DNA of 64,000 nt, taken from assembly GCA_963783575.1 (NCBI GenBank), contig CAWAOD010000015.1:96001-160000 (forward strand). The letters run 5' to 3'. Below are positions 42,106 to 52,157 of this stretch, piece after piece. The notes beneath the pieces are model-generated. The model did not search any database. It was not told the DNA's origin and worked only from the letters and a program-made list of their open reading frames with translations. Each line of letters begins with the position of its first letter. Position 1 is the stretch's first letter. The translations under genes and the position numbers were made by a program. Source of the stretch: an uncultured Spirochaetota bacterium (GTDB lineage Bacteria > Spirochaetota > Brevinematia > Brevinematales > JAOACQ01).

Positions 42106-43017
42106 ATGAACGATCCTGTGTATGATATCTGGCTTCATTGGATTGTAACATTACGCTGTAATCTGGATTGTAAATATTGTTTTTTTAATCCTGCTAAAAA
42201 AAAAGGCACCATACATGGCATAAAAATAGATATGGTGTTAAAAACACTCCGGGAAACAGGTAAAACATATAAAATATATTTTAGCGGCGGGGGAGAGCCT
42301 TTCCTGGTCCCGAATATCATTGATGCTTGCTTAGCATTATCCGGAGAGCATTATATTGCTTTTAATACCAATCTCATTTCAAGTCATATTAAAGAATTTT
42401 CAGAAAAAATAAGCCCTGAAAGAACCATTTTTATTCAGGCGGCATTTCACTATGAGCAGTTGAAAAAAAAGAACCTTGTAGAACTGTTTTTATCAAATTA
42501 CCAAATGCTTAAAGACAGGGGATTTAATGTTAATATTGTTATGGTAGCTTATCCGGAGCTTATGAGTTCTCTTGTTGAAATCTCTGATTTATTTCAATCC
42601 CGTAATCTTTCCTTTTCTTTTATTGAATTCATTGGAAATTATAATGGGAAGAAATACCCGAAAAGTTACACTATGGAAGAGCGGAAAATAATGAATCTTA
42701 GTGATGATTCACGGATTTATTTTCAAAAGAATAAAATCTGTAATGCGGGGTTTAATTGCGCTATGGTTTCTCCTTCCGGCAGTGTATGGCCATGTTCCAG
42801 TCTTGGTCCATCGCTTGGGAATGTCTACAATAAAATAAATTTCAATAAAAGCAATATACTCTGCCCCTTTCATTTCTGTTTATGCCCCATGAATGCTTAT
42901 GATGATTATCTATTTGAGAAAAGCATTAAGGAAGCTCGGTCAGAGCCCATAAAATACAATCAGTTATTTTGTAATCTTCGTAAGATAGGAACACGTTTCA
43001 ACATGCTGCCGAAATAA
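42106..43017 (+). CDS. Radical SAM protein with Cys-rich twitch-like C-terminus, tandem copy 1
   Basis: CNLDCKYC, GGGEPFL, CNAG...WPC...CPFHFCLCP; GAGGAGG RBS before 42106. Confidence 0.85.
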   Translation: MNDPVYDIWLHWIVTLRCNLDCKYCFFNPAKKKGTIHGIKIDMVLKTLRETGKTYKIYFSGGGEPFLVPNIIDACLALSGEHYIAFNTNLISSHIKEFSEKISPERTIFIQAAFHYEQLKKKNLVELFLSNYQMLKDRGFNVNIVMVAYPELMSSLVEISDLFQSRNLSFSFIEFIGNYNGKKYPKSYTMEERKIMNLSDDSRIYFQKNKICNAGFNCAMVSPSGSVWPCSSLGPSLGNVYNKINFNKSNILCPFHFCLCPMNAYDDYLFEKSIKEARSEPIKYNQLFCNLRKIGTRFNMLPK

Positions 43018-43054
43018 AAAACAAATGCCGAACGTTATGAGAGGTAATGATACT

Positions 43055-43960
43055 ATGTATGATATATGGCTCCATTGGTACGTAATAACTGACTGCTGCA
43101 ATCTGAAATGCAAATATTGCTTTTATGGTACCGCTAAAAAAAAGGGTCGGGTACAACCCATAAAAATTGAAATGCTGCTTAAAACGCTCCGGGCAACCGG
43201 TAAAACATTTAAAATATCTTTCACCGGGGGAGGAGAACCTTTCCTGGTGCCTAATATAGTTGAAGCTTGCGAAGCTTTATCAAGAGAGCATTATATCGCT
43301 TTCAATACCAATCTCACTCCCGGTAATATCAAAAATTTCGCAAAAAAGGTAAATCCTGAAAGAACAATTTTTATTGATGCGTCATTTCACTACGAGCAAT
43401 TAAAAAAAAGGAACCTGATACGGCAGTTTTTATCAAATTACCAAATACTCAAAGACAGAGGTTTTAATGTTATAATCAACATTGTGGCTTATCCGGAGGT
43501 CATGGATTATCTTGATGAAATCTCGGATTTATGCGCACGGCACCATCTGCCCTTCTTTTTTAATGAATTCACCGGAAAATATAAAGGAAAGAAATATCCT
43601 TTGGGCTACACTTCGGAAGAACGGATTAAATTGAATCTAAGTACTGATTCGCGAATTTTTTTCCAGAATAATAAAATCTGTAATGCAGGGTTTAACTGTG
43701 CCGTGGTATCACCTTCCGGCAGCATCTGGCCATGCAGCAGTCTTGGCCCGACACTTGGGAATATCTATCAAAAAATTAAATTCAATGAGAGTAATATACT
43801 CTGCCCTTTTCGTTTCTGTACATGTCCTATGAACATGTTTGACGGCTATCTATTTGAAAAAAGTAAAGAAATACAAACAAAGCCCATTAAATATAATCAG
43901 CTATCCTCTTTTTTTCATAAAATCCGAACACAAATGAACTTGATATCAAATAAAACATAA
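43055..43960 (+). CDS. Radical SAM protein, tandem copy 2
   Basis: CNLKCKYC, GGGEPFL, CNAG...WPC...CPFRFCTCP; colinear with copy 1. Confidence 0.85.
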   Translation: MYDIWLHWYVITDCCNLKCKYCFYGTAKKKGRVQPIKIEMLLKTLRATGKTFKISFTGGGEPFLVPNIVEACEALSREHYIAFNTNLTPGNIKNFAKKVNPERTIFIDASFHYEQLKKRNLIRQFLSNYQILKDRGFNVIINIVAYPEVMDYLDEISDLCARHHLPFFFNEFTGKYKGKKYPLGYTSEERIKLNLSTDSRIFFQNNKICNAGFNCAVVSPSGSIWPCSSLGPTLGNIYQKIKFNESNILCPFRFCTCPMNMFDGYLFEKSKEIQTKPIKYNQLSSFFHKIRTQMNLISNKT

Positions 43961-43969
43961 GAGGTTATT

Positions 43970-44953
43970 GTGAGTATTATTGAAATAGAGAATTTATCCA
44001 AGACCTTTCCCTATTATGAAAAGCAGCTAGGCTTCAGGAATTCAATTAAAAATTTATTTTACAGGAAAAAATTATATAAAGAGGCTGTGAAAAAGATTTC
44101 ATTTCAGATTGATGAAGGAGAAATTGTAGGATTTCTCGGGCCAAACGGAGCAGGAAAAACAACAACATTAAAAATGCTCTCAGGAATTCTGTTTCCAACA
44201 TCAGGTTCGATACTTGTTTCCGGATATATTCCTTGGGAAAGAAAAAAACAATATAAAATGCTAATATCCATAATAATGGGACAAAAAAGCCAGCTATGGT
44301 GGGATTTGCCTGCTATCGAATCCCTTTATCTTAATAAATGCATCTATGAAATGGATAATAAATGTTACAGGGTTTTTCTCGATGAATTAACCGACTTGCT
44401 TGATGTGAGACATCTATTGAATATCCAGGTAAGAAGGCTGTCCCTTGGTGAGAGAATGAAAATGGAACTGATCGCGTCATTGATACATAAACCAAAAATT
44501 CTATTTCTTGATGAACCTACGATAGGTCTTGATATAATTACTCAGAAGAAAATCAGGGAGTTTCTGAAATATTATAATGAACAGAATAAAACAACCGTAC
44601 TTCTGACCAGTCACTATATGAAAGATATCGTGGATTTGTGCAGGCGGTCGATCATAATTAATAACGGTGAGATAATTTTTGACGGAGATCTAAACAGGGT
44701 TAACGAATATTTCAGCGGGAGAAAATTAATTAAACTTCAACTTGGCAGAAATATCGAAGAAGGTGTTTTAAAGCAATTCGGACGGCTCAAGAAAATAGAG
44801 GGAATGACGGCTGTTTTTGAAGTTGATAAAAATGAAGTCGGCAAATTATCGGGCAAAATGATAGAATCCCTTCCTATAATCGATTATACAATCGAAGACA
44901 TACCGGTTGAAGAAGGTATAACAATTTTATATGAACAAGGGAAAAAGAGATGA
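43970..44953 (+). CDS. ABC exporter ATP-binding protein
   Basis: GPNGAGKT, LSLGERMK, FLDEPTIGLD. Confidence 0.93.
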   Translation: MSIIEIENLSKTFPYYEKQLGFRNSIKNLFYRKKLYKEAVKKISFQIDEGEIVGFLGPNGAGKTTTLKMLSGILFPTSGSILVSGYIPWERKKQYKMLISIIMGQKSQLWWDLPAIESLYLNKCIYEMDNKCYRVFLDELTDLLDVRHLLNIQVRRLSLGERMKMELIASLIHKPKILFLDEPTIGLDIITQKKIREFLKYYNEQNKTTVLLTSHYMKDIVDLCRRSIIINNGEIIFDGDLNRVNEYFSGRKLIKLQLGRNIEEGVLKQFGRLKKIEGMTAVFEVDKNEVGKLSGKMIESLPIIDYTIEDIPVEEGITILYEQGKKR

Positions 44954-45759
44954 TTTCTTTGGAAAAATATTATCGATCGTTTCTAATCGGCATTCAAAAC
45001 GCAATGGAATACCGGGCTAATTTTTTGATAAGCATCTTTTCTGCAATTGTCCCTATATTTATCCAGACATTCTTCTGGTTATCAATATATAGATCTTCGG
45101 AACATTCGGTCATTTTCGGGTATACATTCTCACAGATTCTTAACTATACTATACTTGCACAGCTTGTATCAAGGTATGTGAGAACGGGGTTCGAGTATGA
45201 GATTAATGAAGATATAAAAAACGGCGGATTAAATAAATTCATTATAAGACCTATCGGATATTTTACTTATAAATTCTTTTGCTTTATTGGATCCAAGACA
45301 GTTAATTTTCTGATAATATCCATTTTGATAACTGTTTCGATCTTTCTATTAACAGTTAATGTCGGTACGTCCATAACATTACTTTCAATTACATATTTTG
45401 TTTACTCATTGATACTCGCTCTTAGTCTGAATTTCCTGATATTCTTTTGCATCAGCACATTGTGTTTCTGGCTTTCGGAAATAGGCTTTCTATTTGAGGC
45501 CGTCAGGATAATAATAATAACATTAAGCGGCGGTATTTTTCCTCTTGATATCTTCGGCCTGAAAATAGTTAGGGTTTTAAGTTGTATGCCGTTCAAATAT
45601 ACAATAAGTTTTCCTGTTGAATTACTGAATAATAAAATTACAGGTTTTCAGGTATTACAGGGTTTTTCCATTCAAATACTCTGGATAATATTTTTTTTGA
45701 TATTATCAGTTATTTTGTGGAAAATCGGCACTAAAAAATATACAGCCGTTGGAGGATAA
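44950..45759 (+). CDS. ABC-2 family permease (DUF990-like)
   Basis: MEYRANF, IKNGGLNKFIIRP, six TM helices, terminal YTAVGG. Confidence 0.88.
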   Translation: MISLEKYYRSFLIGIQNAMEYRANFLISIFSAIVPIFIQTFFWLSIYRSSEHSVIFGYTFSQILNYTILAQLVSRYVRTGFEYEINEDIKNGGLNKFIIRPIGYFTYKFFCFIGSKTVNFLIISILITVSIFLLTVNVGTSITLLSITYFVYSLILALSLNFLIFFCISTLCFWLSEIGFLFEAVRIIIITLSGGIFPLDIFGLKIVRVLSCMPFKYTISFPVELLNNKITGFQVLQGFSIQILWIIFFLILSVILWKIGTKKYTAVGG

Positions 45760-45763
45760 GTAT

Positions 45764-46576
45764 ATGTTGAATGTTTTGAAAGAAATCAAAAAACATTTCA
45801 TCATTTATTGTCTTTTCGTAAAAAACAATGTAATGTCTCAAATGGAATACAGGGTTAATTTTTTTACCGGTATCGCAATGGAATTGGGATATCTGATGGT
45901 AAAGATATTGTATCCAATAGTGATTTATCAGTCCGGTACGAAAATAAACGGATTTTCTCCCGACGAACTTTTGATTTTTATCGGTACATTTGTAATAATT
46001 ACCGCATTTTATGCCGGTCTCTTTATGATGAATTTTTTTCATTTCAGAGTTCTTATAAGAGACGGACATTTAGATATAATGATAACAAAGCCGGTATCGC
46101 TGCAATTTATCTCTACTTTAAGACAGTCTGACATAGGACTCTTTTTTATAGATGCTGCAGGCGGGATCGTAATGGTTATTATCGGGTTATTAAGAACCGG
46201 AATCTCAATCTCATTTTTTGATATAATAGGATATGCCGTTTTTATCTCGGCCGGCGCTATTATCGGGTATTCGATTTTTTTAATTCCAGAAATTTTAAAT
46301 TTCTGGTTTGTTAACGCCGGAGCTATTGCTGAAACGGCTGATTCATTCTGGGATTTCAATCTGGTTCCAATGGTGATTTATGATAAGGTCATTCAGCAAA
46401 TCGGTGTATTTGTTCTGCCTCTATTTGTAATTACAAATTTCCCAACGTTATTTATACTAAAAAAAATGAGCTTAATTTACTTTATTTGGGGGTTGCTGGC
46501 CCCGATTATTTTTTTGACATTAAGCCGTCTATTCTGGAAAGTCGCAGTTAAGAATTATTCCAGCGCTAGCAGTTGA
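45764..46576 (+). CDS. ABC-2 family permease (DUF990-like)
   Basis: MEYRVNF, IRDGHLDIMITKP, terminal YSSASS. Confidence 0.88.
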   Translation: MLNVLKEIKKHFIIYCLFVKNNVMSQMEYRVNFFTGIAMELGYLMVKILYPIVIYQSGTKINGFSPDELLIFIGTFVIITAFYAGLFMMNFFHFRVLIRDGHLDIMITKPVSLQFISTLRQSDIGLFFIDAAGGIVMVIIGLLRTGISISFFDIIGYAVFISAGAIIGYSIFLIPEILNFWFVNAGAIAETADSFWDFNLVPMVIYDKVIQQIGVFVLPLFVITNFPTLFILKKMSLIYFIWGLLAPIIFLTLSRLFWKVAVKNYSSASS

Positions 46577-46595
46577 CAAATATTTATCTGTAATG

Positions 46596-46779
46596 TTTGT
46601 CAGTTTTCCTGATTTATGTCAGATTTCACTACATCTGTCAGATTTTACAACACTCTTATCTCATCAATAGGAAGCATAAAAGGATATTTCGAAATTCTAT
46701 AATTAAAAGCTTCACATCAATTAAGAATAATCATCAGCTCTAAAACTCTCTCCGGTCTTTAATTGGCATGCTATTTGCA
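46596..46779 (+). promoter_or_regulatory. Sigma-54 promoter with upstream triple-repeat enhancer, copy 2
   Basis: TGTCAG at 46598/46617/46636 (19-bp period); TGGCAT-GCTAT-TTGCA at 46764-46779; the intervening sequence aligns with copy 1. Confidence 0.8.
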
Positions 46780-46893
46780 TATTTGAAGGACTGTACAGAT
46801 TATTTAGAAAAACAAAAATCATGGACCCAAGATAAATTATTTAATAAAACTTAAAATCTTCAATTATCATATTGGGTCAAGGAGTATATTGAT

Positions 46894-48006
46894 ATGCCTT
46901 TGTTTATATGGTTGGTTATTGTGCTTGCTGCTTTTTCATTAATAGTTTTTTTATCATCATTGAAGTATATAACATATATTATGAGCAAAACATTTCCAGA
47001 TATGAAGTTACGGGTTAATCTTTTCGTCCCCTGCAAGGGAATGGAACCGAACCTTCTTGAAAATCTCAAAGCTTATGCCAGTCAGGAATATTCTAATTAT
47101 CAAGTTATTTTTGTCACAGCAACGGATGATGATCCTGCAATAGAAGTCATTCGAGAAATTATCAGTTTGTATCCGCATTGCAAGCACATGGCCGCTGGTA
47201 TAAATAATAATTATAGTCAAAAGATCAATAATTTGATTATGGGAACAGAAAGATATAATGAATGCGATATTTTTGCTTTTGGAGACTCTGACATCGCTCC
47301 TGAGAAAAAATGGCTGAGCCGTTTGATTTCCCCGTTAAAGAATCCAAAAATCGGAGCTACAACCGGATACCGATGGTATTGGAAAAATAAAAGAAGTTTT
47401 TTCGAGAATATTGTTATTATGTGGAATGGCTTCATCATATTCTTTATGCTGCTTCCGTTCTATAGATTTATCTGGGGCGGCACTTACGCTGTCCGGAGAG
47501 ATCTGTTTAATAATATGGATGTCAGAAATGTCTGGAATAATGTCGTCACAGAAGACTTTACGCTTACCGCTGTAATCAGAAGCCATGGATATAAAATTCA
47601 CTTTGTTCCCAATTGTATATCTCTTTCTTATTTCGAGTTCAATTTTTTAAGCGGTGTGGAATGGACGACCCGGCAATTACTTCTCTCGAAATTCTATTTC
47701 CAAAGGCTTTTTATCGGGACTTTGATATTTGGGATTTTCGGGTTCCTGGCTTTCGTTTTATTGTTTCCGCTCTACTTAATTGCGTTTCTAATGTTCGGGT
47801 TGATTATTGTGGGAATAACACGGTTTATTTTCCGGCTTCTAAAAATCAATATCAAAATCAGCTATTTTATGTCTTTATATTTAATTGCATCTTGTGTACT
47901 GCTGTTTGTTAATATTGTAATGGCTTTGTTTTCGCATAAACTGAAATGGAGGAATGTAACCTACCATATTCTTTCGGCTAATAAAATGAGGGTGGAAACA
48001 GCTTAA
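46894..48006 (+). CDS. GT2/GT21-like glycosyltransferase (ceramide glucosyltransferase/HpnI-like)
   Basis: VPCKG, QKINNL, FGDSD, TTGYRW, WGG, TED, WTTRQ, terminal WRNVTY. Confidence 0.8.
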   Translation: MPLFIWLVIVLAAFSLIVFLSSLKYITYIMSKTFPDMKLRVNLFVPCKGMEPNLLENLKAYASQEYSNYQVIFVTATDDDPAIEVIREIISLYPHCKHMAAGINNNYSQKINNLIMGTERYNECDIFAFGDSDIAPEKKWLSRLISPLKNPKIGATTGYRWYWKNKRSFFENIVIMWNGFIIFFMLLPFYRFIWGGTYAVRRDLFNNMDVRNVWNNVVTEDFTLTAVIRSHGYKIHFVPNCISLSYFEFNFLSGVEWTTRQLLLSKFYFQRLFIGTLIFGIFGFLAFVLLFPLYLIAFLMFGLIIVGITRFIFRLLKINIKISYFMSLYLIASCVLLFVNIVMALFSHKLKWRNVTYHILSANKMRVETA

Positions 48007-48132
48007 AGGTACATTTATATATTCTCACTTTTCATTAACATCCGGTCTTCAATAATAAATCAAAGCAGGCCTTAAAAATTCCCCTGCACGGAGGTTCGAT
48101 TTCTAATTCTATGAGATTCCTAAATCCTCGGA

Positions 48133-48510
48133 TTATTTTTCATTAGTTTTAAAAACTTCTTTGGCTGCTGAAATTCCATTAAGAGCTGCAGGAAAGCCTG
48201 CATAAACAGACATTTGAATTATTATCTCAAGAATTTCTTGTTGCGATAAACCTACATGTAAGCCTGCACTTATATGAACTTTAAGCTGGGGGCTAGCATT
48301 ACCCAAAGCAGTGAGAGCGGCAATTGTTGCAATCTCTCTCGATTTTAAATCAAGATTTTCCCTGGAATAAATATCACCAAATGGATATTCTACCAGGTAG
48401 CGTGCAAAATCTGGTGATATTTCAGCTAAGCCTTTAACTACTTCTGTTCCCTTATTACCATCAACTTCTTCAAGCTTCCTAAGCCCTCGTTCATACCTTG
48501 TTTCTTCCAT
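48133..48510 (-). CDS. Carboxymuconolactone decarboxylase (CMD/AhpD-like) family protein
   Basis: FGDIYSR..LDLKSREIATIAAL, QLKVHI, VYAGFPAA. Confidence 0.9.
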   Translation of the reverse strand: MEETRYERGLRKLEEVDGNKGTEVVKGLAEISPDFARYLVEYPFGDIYSRENLDLKSREIATIAALTALGNASPQLKVHISAGLHVGLSQQEILEIIIQMSVYAGFPAALNGISAAKEVFKTNEK

Positions 48511-48856
48511 TTTCCATCTCCTTATAAATTTGTATTTTCTTATCAAGAAAAATTAAGTGACTTTGAAGTAAGTCAATTTCTGTTTGAATTGACTGCCTTT
48601 GAGTTATAAGCATCTCTTTTCTTGTAGTAATAGTTGAATCACCTTGATATCGAAGGTCAGAATATATTTTTATATTTTTCAAAGGCATATTTGTTTTTTT
48701 TAAGCGTAGAATAAATTTTAACCAGGTTATGTCTTCTTCGGAATAATCTCTTTTTCCACCTCTTTGCTCTACTTCCCGTAATAATCCCAATTTTTCATAA
48801 TAGCGCAGTGTATGTGCTGTGACTTCTAATCTTTTTGCCGTTTGGGTAATTGTCAT
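48491..48856 (-). CDS. MerR-family transcriptional regulator
   Basis: TLRYYEKLGL, RDYSEEDITWL, MPLKNIK. Confidence 0.92.
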   Translation of the reverse strand: MTITQTAKRLEVTAHTLRYYEKLGLLREVEQRGGKRDYSEEDITWLKFILRLKKTNMPLKNIKIYSDLRYQGDSTITTRKEMLITQRQSIQTEIDLLQSHLIFLDKKIQIYKEMENGRNKV

Positions 48857-48873
48857 ATTTATCTCCTGTCATA

Positions 48874-48904
48874 ATTGTAATACTTCGAGTAGACTCTTTG
48901 TCAA
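48874..48904 (-). promoter_or_regulatory. MerR-type promoter with 19-bp spacer and dyad
   Basis: Minus strand TTGACA, 19 bp containing the GAGTctACTC dyad, TACAAT. Confidence 0.8.
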
Positions 48905-49051
48905 ATATTATTTTAAATATTATCAAATTTTTCTATTAGTATTGAGATCATATTTTTTCAAATTTTAGTGATTGTTGATGAAAAATCAAATCAGTAATTT
49001 ATATCAGTTCGAAAAACTCAGGGAGGGCGGTTGATTCCGGACAATGAATGT

Positions 49052-50317
49052 CTATAATTTCAATTCCAATTCTTTATAAATTAATTGTTCCGCTTCATCT
49101 GCGGTATGCTCGCGAATTTTACCTGAAAATTTATAATCGTATTCTTTTAACCCAAAATTATGACGCTTGGCAAAATCCATCAAATAACCGAAAGCTTGTG
49201 GAGTTATCATCGGACAAATCAAATTCTCTTTCTTCAAGATTGCATCTATATTAGCTGTGTCAAAATCCATTGTATCCGCTAATGTATATGGTGAGTAAAT
49301 TTTACCTAAAGTTCTGTAAAATAATTTTTCAATTTCATTCAGATTGGCGGGTCTGTCTTCAACATACTCAATACCGCTGACATTAATCGTATTCAGCATC
49401 ATCTCCATATAGAACTGATGGGACGTCTCTTTGCGGTTTACCACATGAATGCTCTTTTCTTTGCAAGCCAGTAGCGGATACTTAACCAGAACTTTCGCGA
49501 CATAGTCCGCTGGAACTATATTTAAACCGGCGGCCCTGTTGATGGTCATTCGCGCAGGAATGCTGAATTTTTCAGCATACCGATCCTCCCATTTACTGAT
49601 ATTTTTCAGTTTTAAGTGGAGGAAAAAACGAGCCCAATCATAAAAGACGTCAAACTTGTACATTACTCCGTAAGGTTTGGTAATCAATCTTCCGCAAACT
49701 ATTGATAACCTAAAATACAAACATCTAACATTGCTTTTTCTTTCAAAATCCCGTACCAGCATTTCCGATATTAGCTTTGTCTTTTCATAATGATTGCGAA
49801 ACACAACCTTGGGATTGATATAATCCGGCGGAATTTTACCGTAGGTTTTCCCGCAAGTATAAGCCGTTCCTACAAAACAGAAAGTATCAACCTTCAATTG
49901 TTTTACCAGTTCCAAAATTAAAGAGGTACCCCTTACATTAATATTCTCCAGGTTAGAAACCACAGCCGAATTGATCCTGAAATCGCTCAATGCAGCTACA
50001 TGATAAAATAGATCTATTTTTTTGGATTTTAACAGCTTCAAACCGGTCTTGGATATATCCAGATTATCTTTGCTTAAATCAATATCAATAAAAATCACCT
50101 TTTCCCCGATGAAACGGATAATGTCTTCCATAATACTTTCAAAAATGCCTTCATAATTCAGAATTCCAATGATCCTTTCCCGGAGTGAAACGTAATTTTG
50201 TTTTCTGCCCAGGATGATCAGATTCAGTTCATCAAGATTGTTTATGTGTCCCAGGATCAGTTCTATCAGCAAATTTCTGCCTACAAGACTTGTTGCGCCG
50301 TTGATAACGATAATCAT
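49052..50317 (-). CDS. Extended SDR oxidoreductase (thioester-reductase/fatty acyl reductase-like)
   Basis: NGATSLVG, YHVAALSDF, NVRGT, FRNHYEKTK (YxxxK). Confidence 0.82.
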   Translation of the reverse strand: MIIVINGATSLVGRNLLIELILGHINNLDELNLIILGRKQNYVSLRERIIGILNYEGIFESIMEDIIRFIGEKVIFIDIDLSKDNLDISKTGLKLLKSKKIDLFYHVAALSDFRINSAVVSNLENINVRGTSLILELVKQLKVDTFCFVGTAYTCGKTYGKIPPDYINPKVVFRNHYEKTKLISEMLVRDFERKSNVRCLYFRLSIVCGRLITKPYGVMYKFDVFYDWARFFLHLKLKNISKWEDRYAEKFSIPARMTINRAAGLNIVPADYVAKVLVKYPLLACKEKSIHVVNRKETSHQFYMEMMLNTINVSGIEYVEDRPANLNEIEKLFYRTLGKIYSPYTLADTMDFDTANIDAILKKENLICPMITPQAFGYLMDFAKRHNFGLKEYDYKFSGKIREHTADEAEQLIYKELELKL

Positions 50318-50468
50318 ACTTATTCTTTCCTTACTGTTATTGAAAGTTTATTAATATAAAATTATTACGAAAAAGGCTTTTATTTGCTTATTTTGCGGCC
50401 AGATAACAAACTGTCATAATTCTATACCACAGTCGTCAAATACTGCAATAAAAAAAATTCTAAAAAAA

Positions 50469-52025
50469 TTAAATTTTAATCTTGCCTACAGCAAGCGAAA
50501 GATTTCTAAAAAACTTCAAAGGTCTTACAAAAAAGTTCTTATAAATTATTTCGCTCACAAAAATGGGAAAATAAGCAAATAATGAAACATAAGTTATTAA
50601 AAAAGGATTTTTTTTAAATATTTTATTTTTCTTAACTAAACAAAGAATTTTGTGACCTACATATGTTGTTGTTAAATAAAATAAAAGAGAATAATAATCA
50701 AAAAGTTTATCCGACAATCTATCTTCAGCTTTATAAATATTAAGTGCGTCTTTTATTTTAGTTCCTTCTAATGAATAGAGGTGGTTAACATTCAGATAAT
50801 AAGGAACCGGCAAATTTGAAAGAACATCTAAAGTATCCCGCAAGTCTTTCTCTTTTTCTGCAGGATTATAAGTTATCACATCCACATAAAAATTTATATT
50901 TAATTTTTTAAGCATTCTCGCTACCTCAATATATACTTCTTTATTGAAAGCTCTGAAAAATATATCTTTATTTATTCTCTCACTGCCTGATTGCAAAGCC
51001 AGGCAAGTTGAAGTAAGTCCTGTTTCCTTTAGAATTTTAAGCTGGTTATTCAATCCTTTTAAAGGAAATATGAAGCAGAAAAAAGGAAAATTTATTTCTT
51101 TTATATAATATTCTTTAAATTCTTTAAGCCAATTAATATCTAAAGAAAAAACATCATCTTCAAATTGAATTTCTTTAAAATCAAGAATTTCCTTTGCTTT
51201 TTTCAATTCCATAATAACATTGAGAGGAGATCTTCTTCTTAAAAATCTTTCACCGGGATATTGCTTTTTTAAAAAATCTTCACAACAATAAGAACAATTA
51301 AAAGGGCAACCTCTGGCTGTAATAGTGTGATATTTCTTAGAATAACTAAATTCTTTAAAATCGCTAATTAAAGTATCTTTTTCAATCATATACTTGTTTT
51401 CTGATGAAATATCCTTAAAGGGCAATTCATCTAGATTATCAATTAAGCGATTTAGAGGATTTCTTATTAAATCATCATTTTTAAGATAGCATAAATTATT
51501 AATAGAATTCAACTCTTTTTTTATATCGATATTTTTTGCAATATCAACAATTGTTTTTTCACATTCTCCGATACAAACGAAGTCACAATAATTTAGAGAC
51601 TCTTTAGGATTTATAGTAGGATGCGGGCCGCCCCATATCAATGTTATTGACGGATAATTTTTTTTTAAAATATATGATACTTCTATCGCTCTCTTCTTGT
51701 TAGGAGAGGTTACACTAATGCCGATAAGATCAGGAGATATTTTTTTAACGAGATTAATCAGTGTATTTTTTTCATATTCAATTAATTCCGGTCCGGTGGC
51801 AAAAGAAAATTTTTTCCCATACTTATTCGTCCCCACCCAAGATTCGCTGTTAACAACCTTGCTTGGTTTTACATACATTTTTGTTTTTGTAGCTGGAAAA
51901 CCGTTTCGTTGAAGAAATAGAATGTGAGATTCATGTCCTTCTCTTTTTAATATTGCAGACATAAGTCTAATTCCTGTCGCATTTATGTCATTAAGAGATA
52001 TAAATAAAACTTTTGCCATATACAC
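50469..52025 (-). CDS. Cobalamin-binding radical SAM protein; very AT-rich
   Basis: IWGGPHPT, CIGECE, ARGCPFNCSYC, FEDDVF, LQSGSE. Confidence 0.88.
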   Translation of the reverse strand: MYMAKVLFISLNDINATGIRLMSAILKREGHESHILFLQRNGFPATKTKMYVKPSKVVNSESWVGTNKYGKKFSFATGPELIEYEKNTLINLVKKISPDLIGISVTSPNKKRAIEVSYILKKNYPSITLIWGGPHPTINPKESLNYCDFVCIGECEKTIVDIAKNIDIKKELNSINNLCYLKNDDLIRNPLNRLIDNLDELPFKDISSENKYMIEKDTLISDFKEFSYSKKYHTITARGCPFNCSYCCEDFLKKQYPGERFLRRRSPLNVIMELKKAKEILDFKEIQFEDDVFSLDINWLKEFKEYYIKEINFPFFCFIFPLKGLNNQLKILKETGLTSTCLALQSGSERINKDIFFRAFNKEVYIEVARMLKKLNINFYVDVITYNPAEKEKDLRDTLDVLSNLPVPYYLNVNHLYSLEGTKIKDALNIYKAEDRLSDKLFDYYSLLFYLTTTYVGHKILCLVKKNKIFKKNPFLITYVSLFAYFPIFVSEIIYKNFFVRPLKFFRNLSLAVGKIKI

Positions 52026-52157
52026 TTTTCCTTTTTTACCCAGTAAAAAAAGACTGCATTTTTTGGGTTAAAAAAATTTTAGCATTAGCATTTCCTGCAT
52101 ACCTTAAGGTTTCTTTCAAACTCTGCAAAGGCACTGAGGATTTGATTGATAGGACAA

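Noticed and set aside
42106..43960. Tandem radical SAMs as prokaryotic viperins (antiviral)
   Set aside because: The N-terminal CxxxCxxCF...FSGGGEPFL looks superficially similar, but both have a Cys-rich auxiliary-cluster tail that viperins lack, and the context is biosynthetic with no defence genes or nucleotide kinase.
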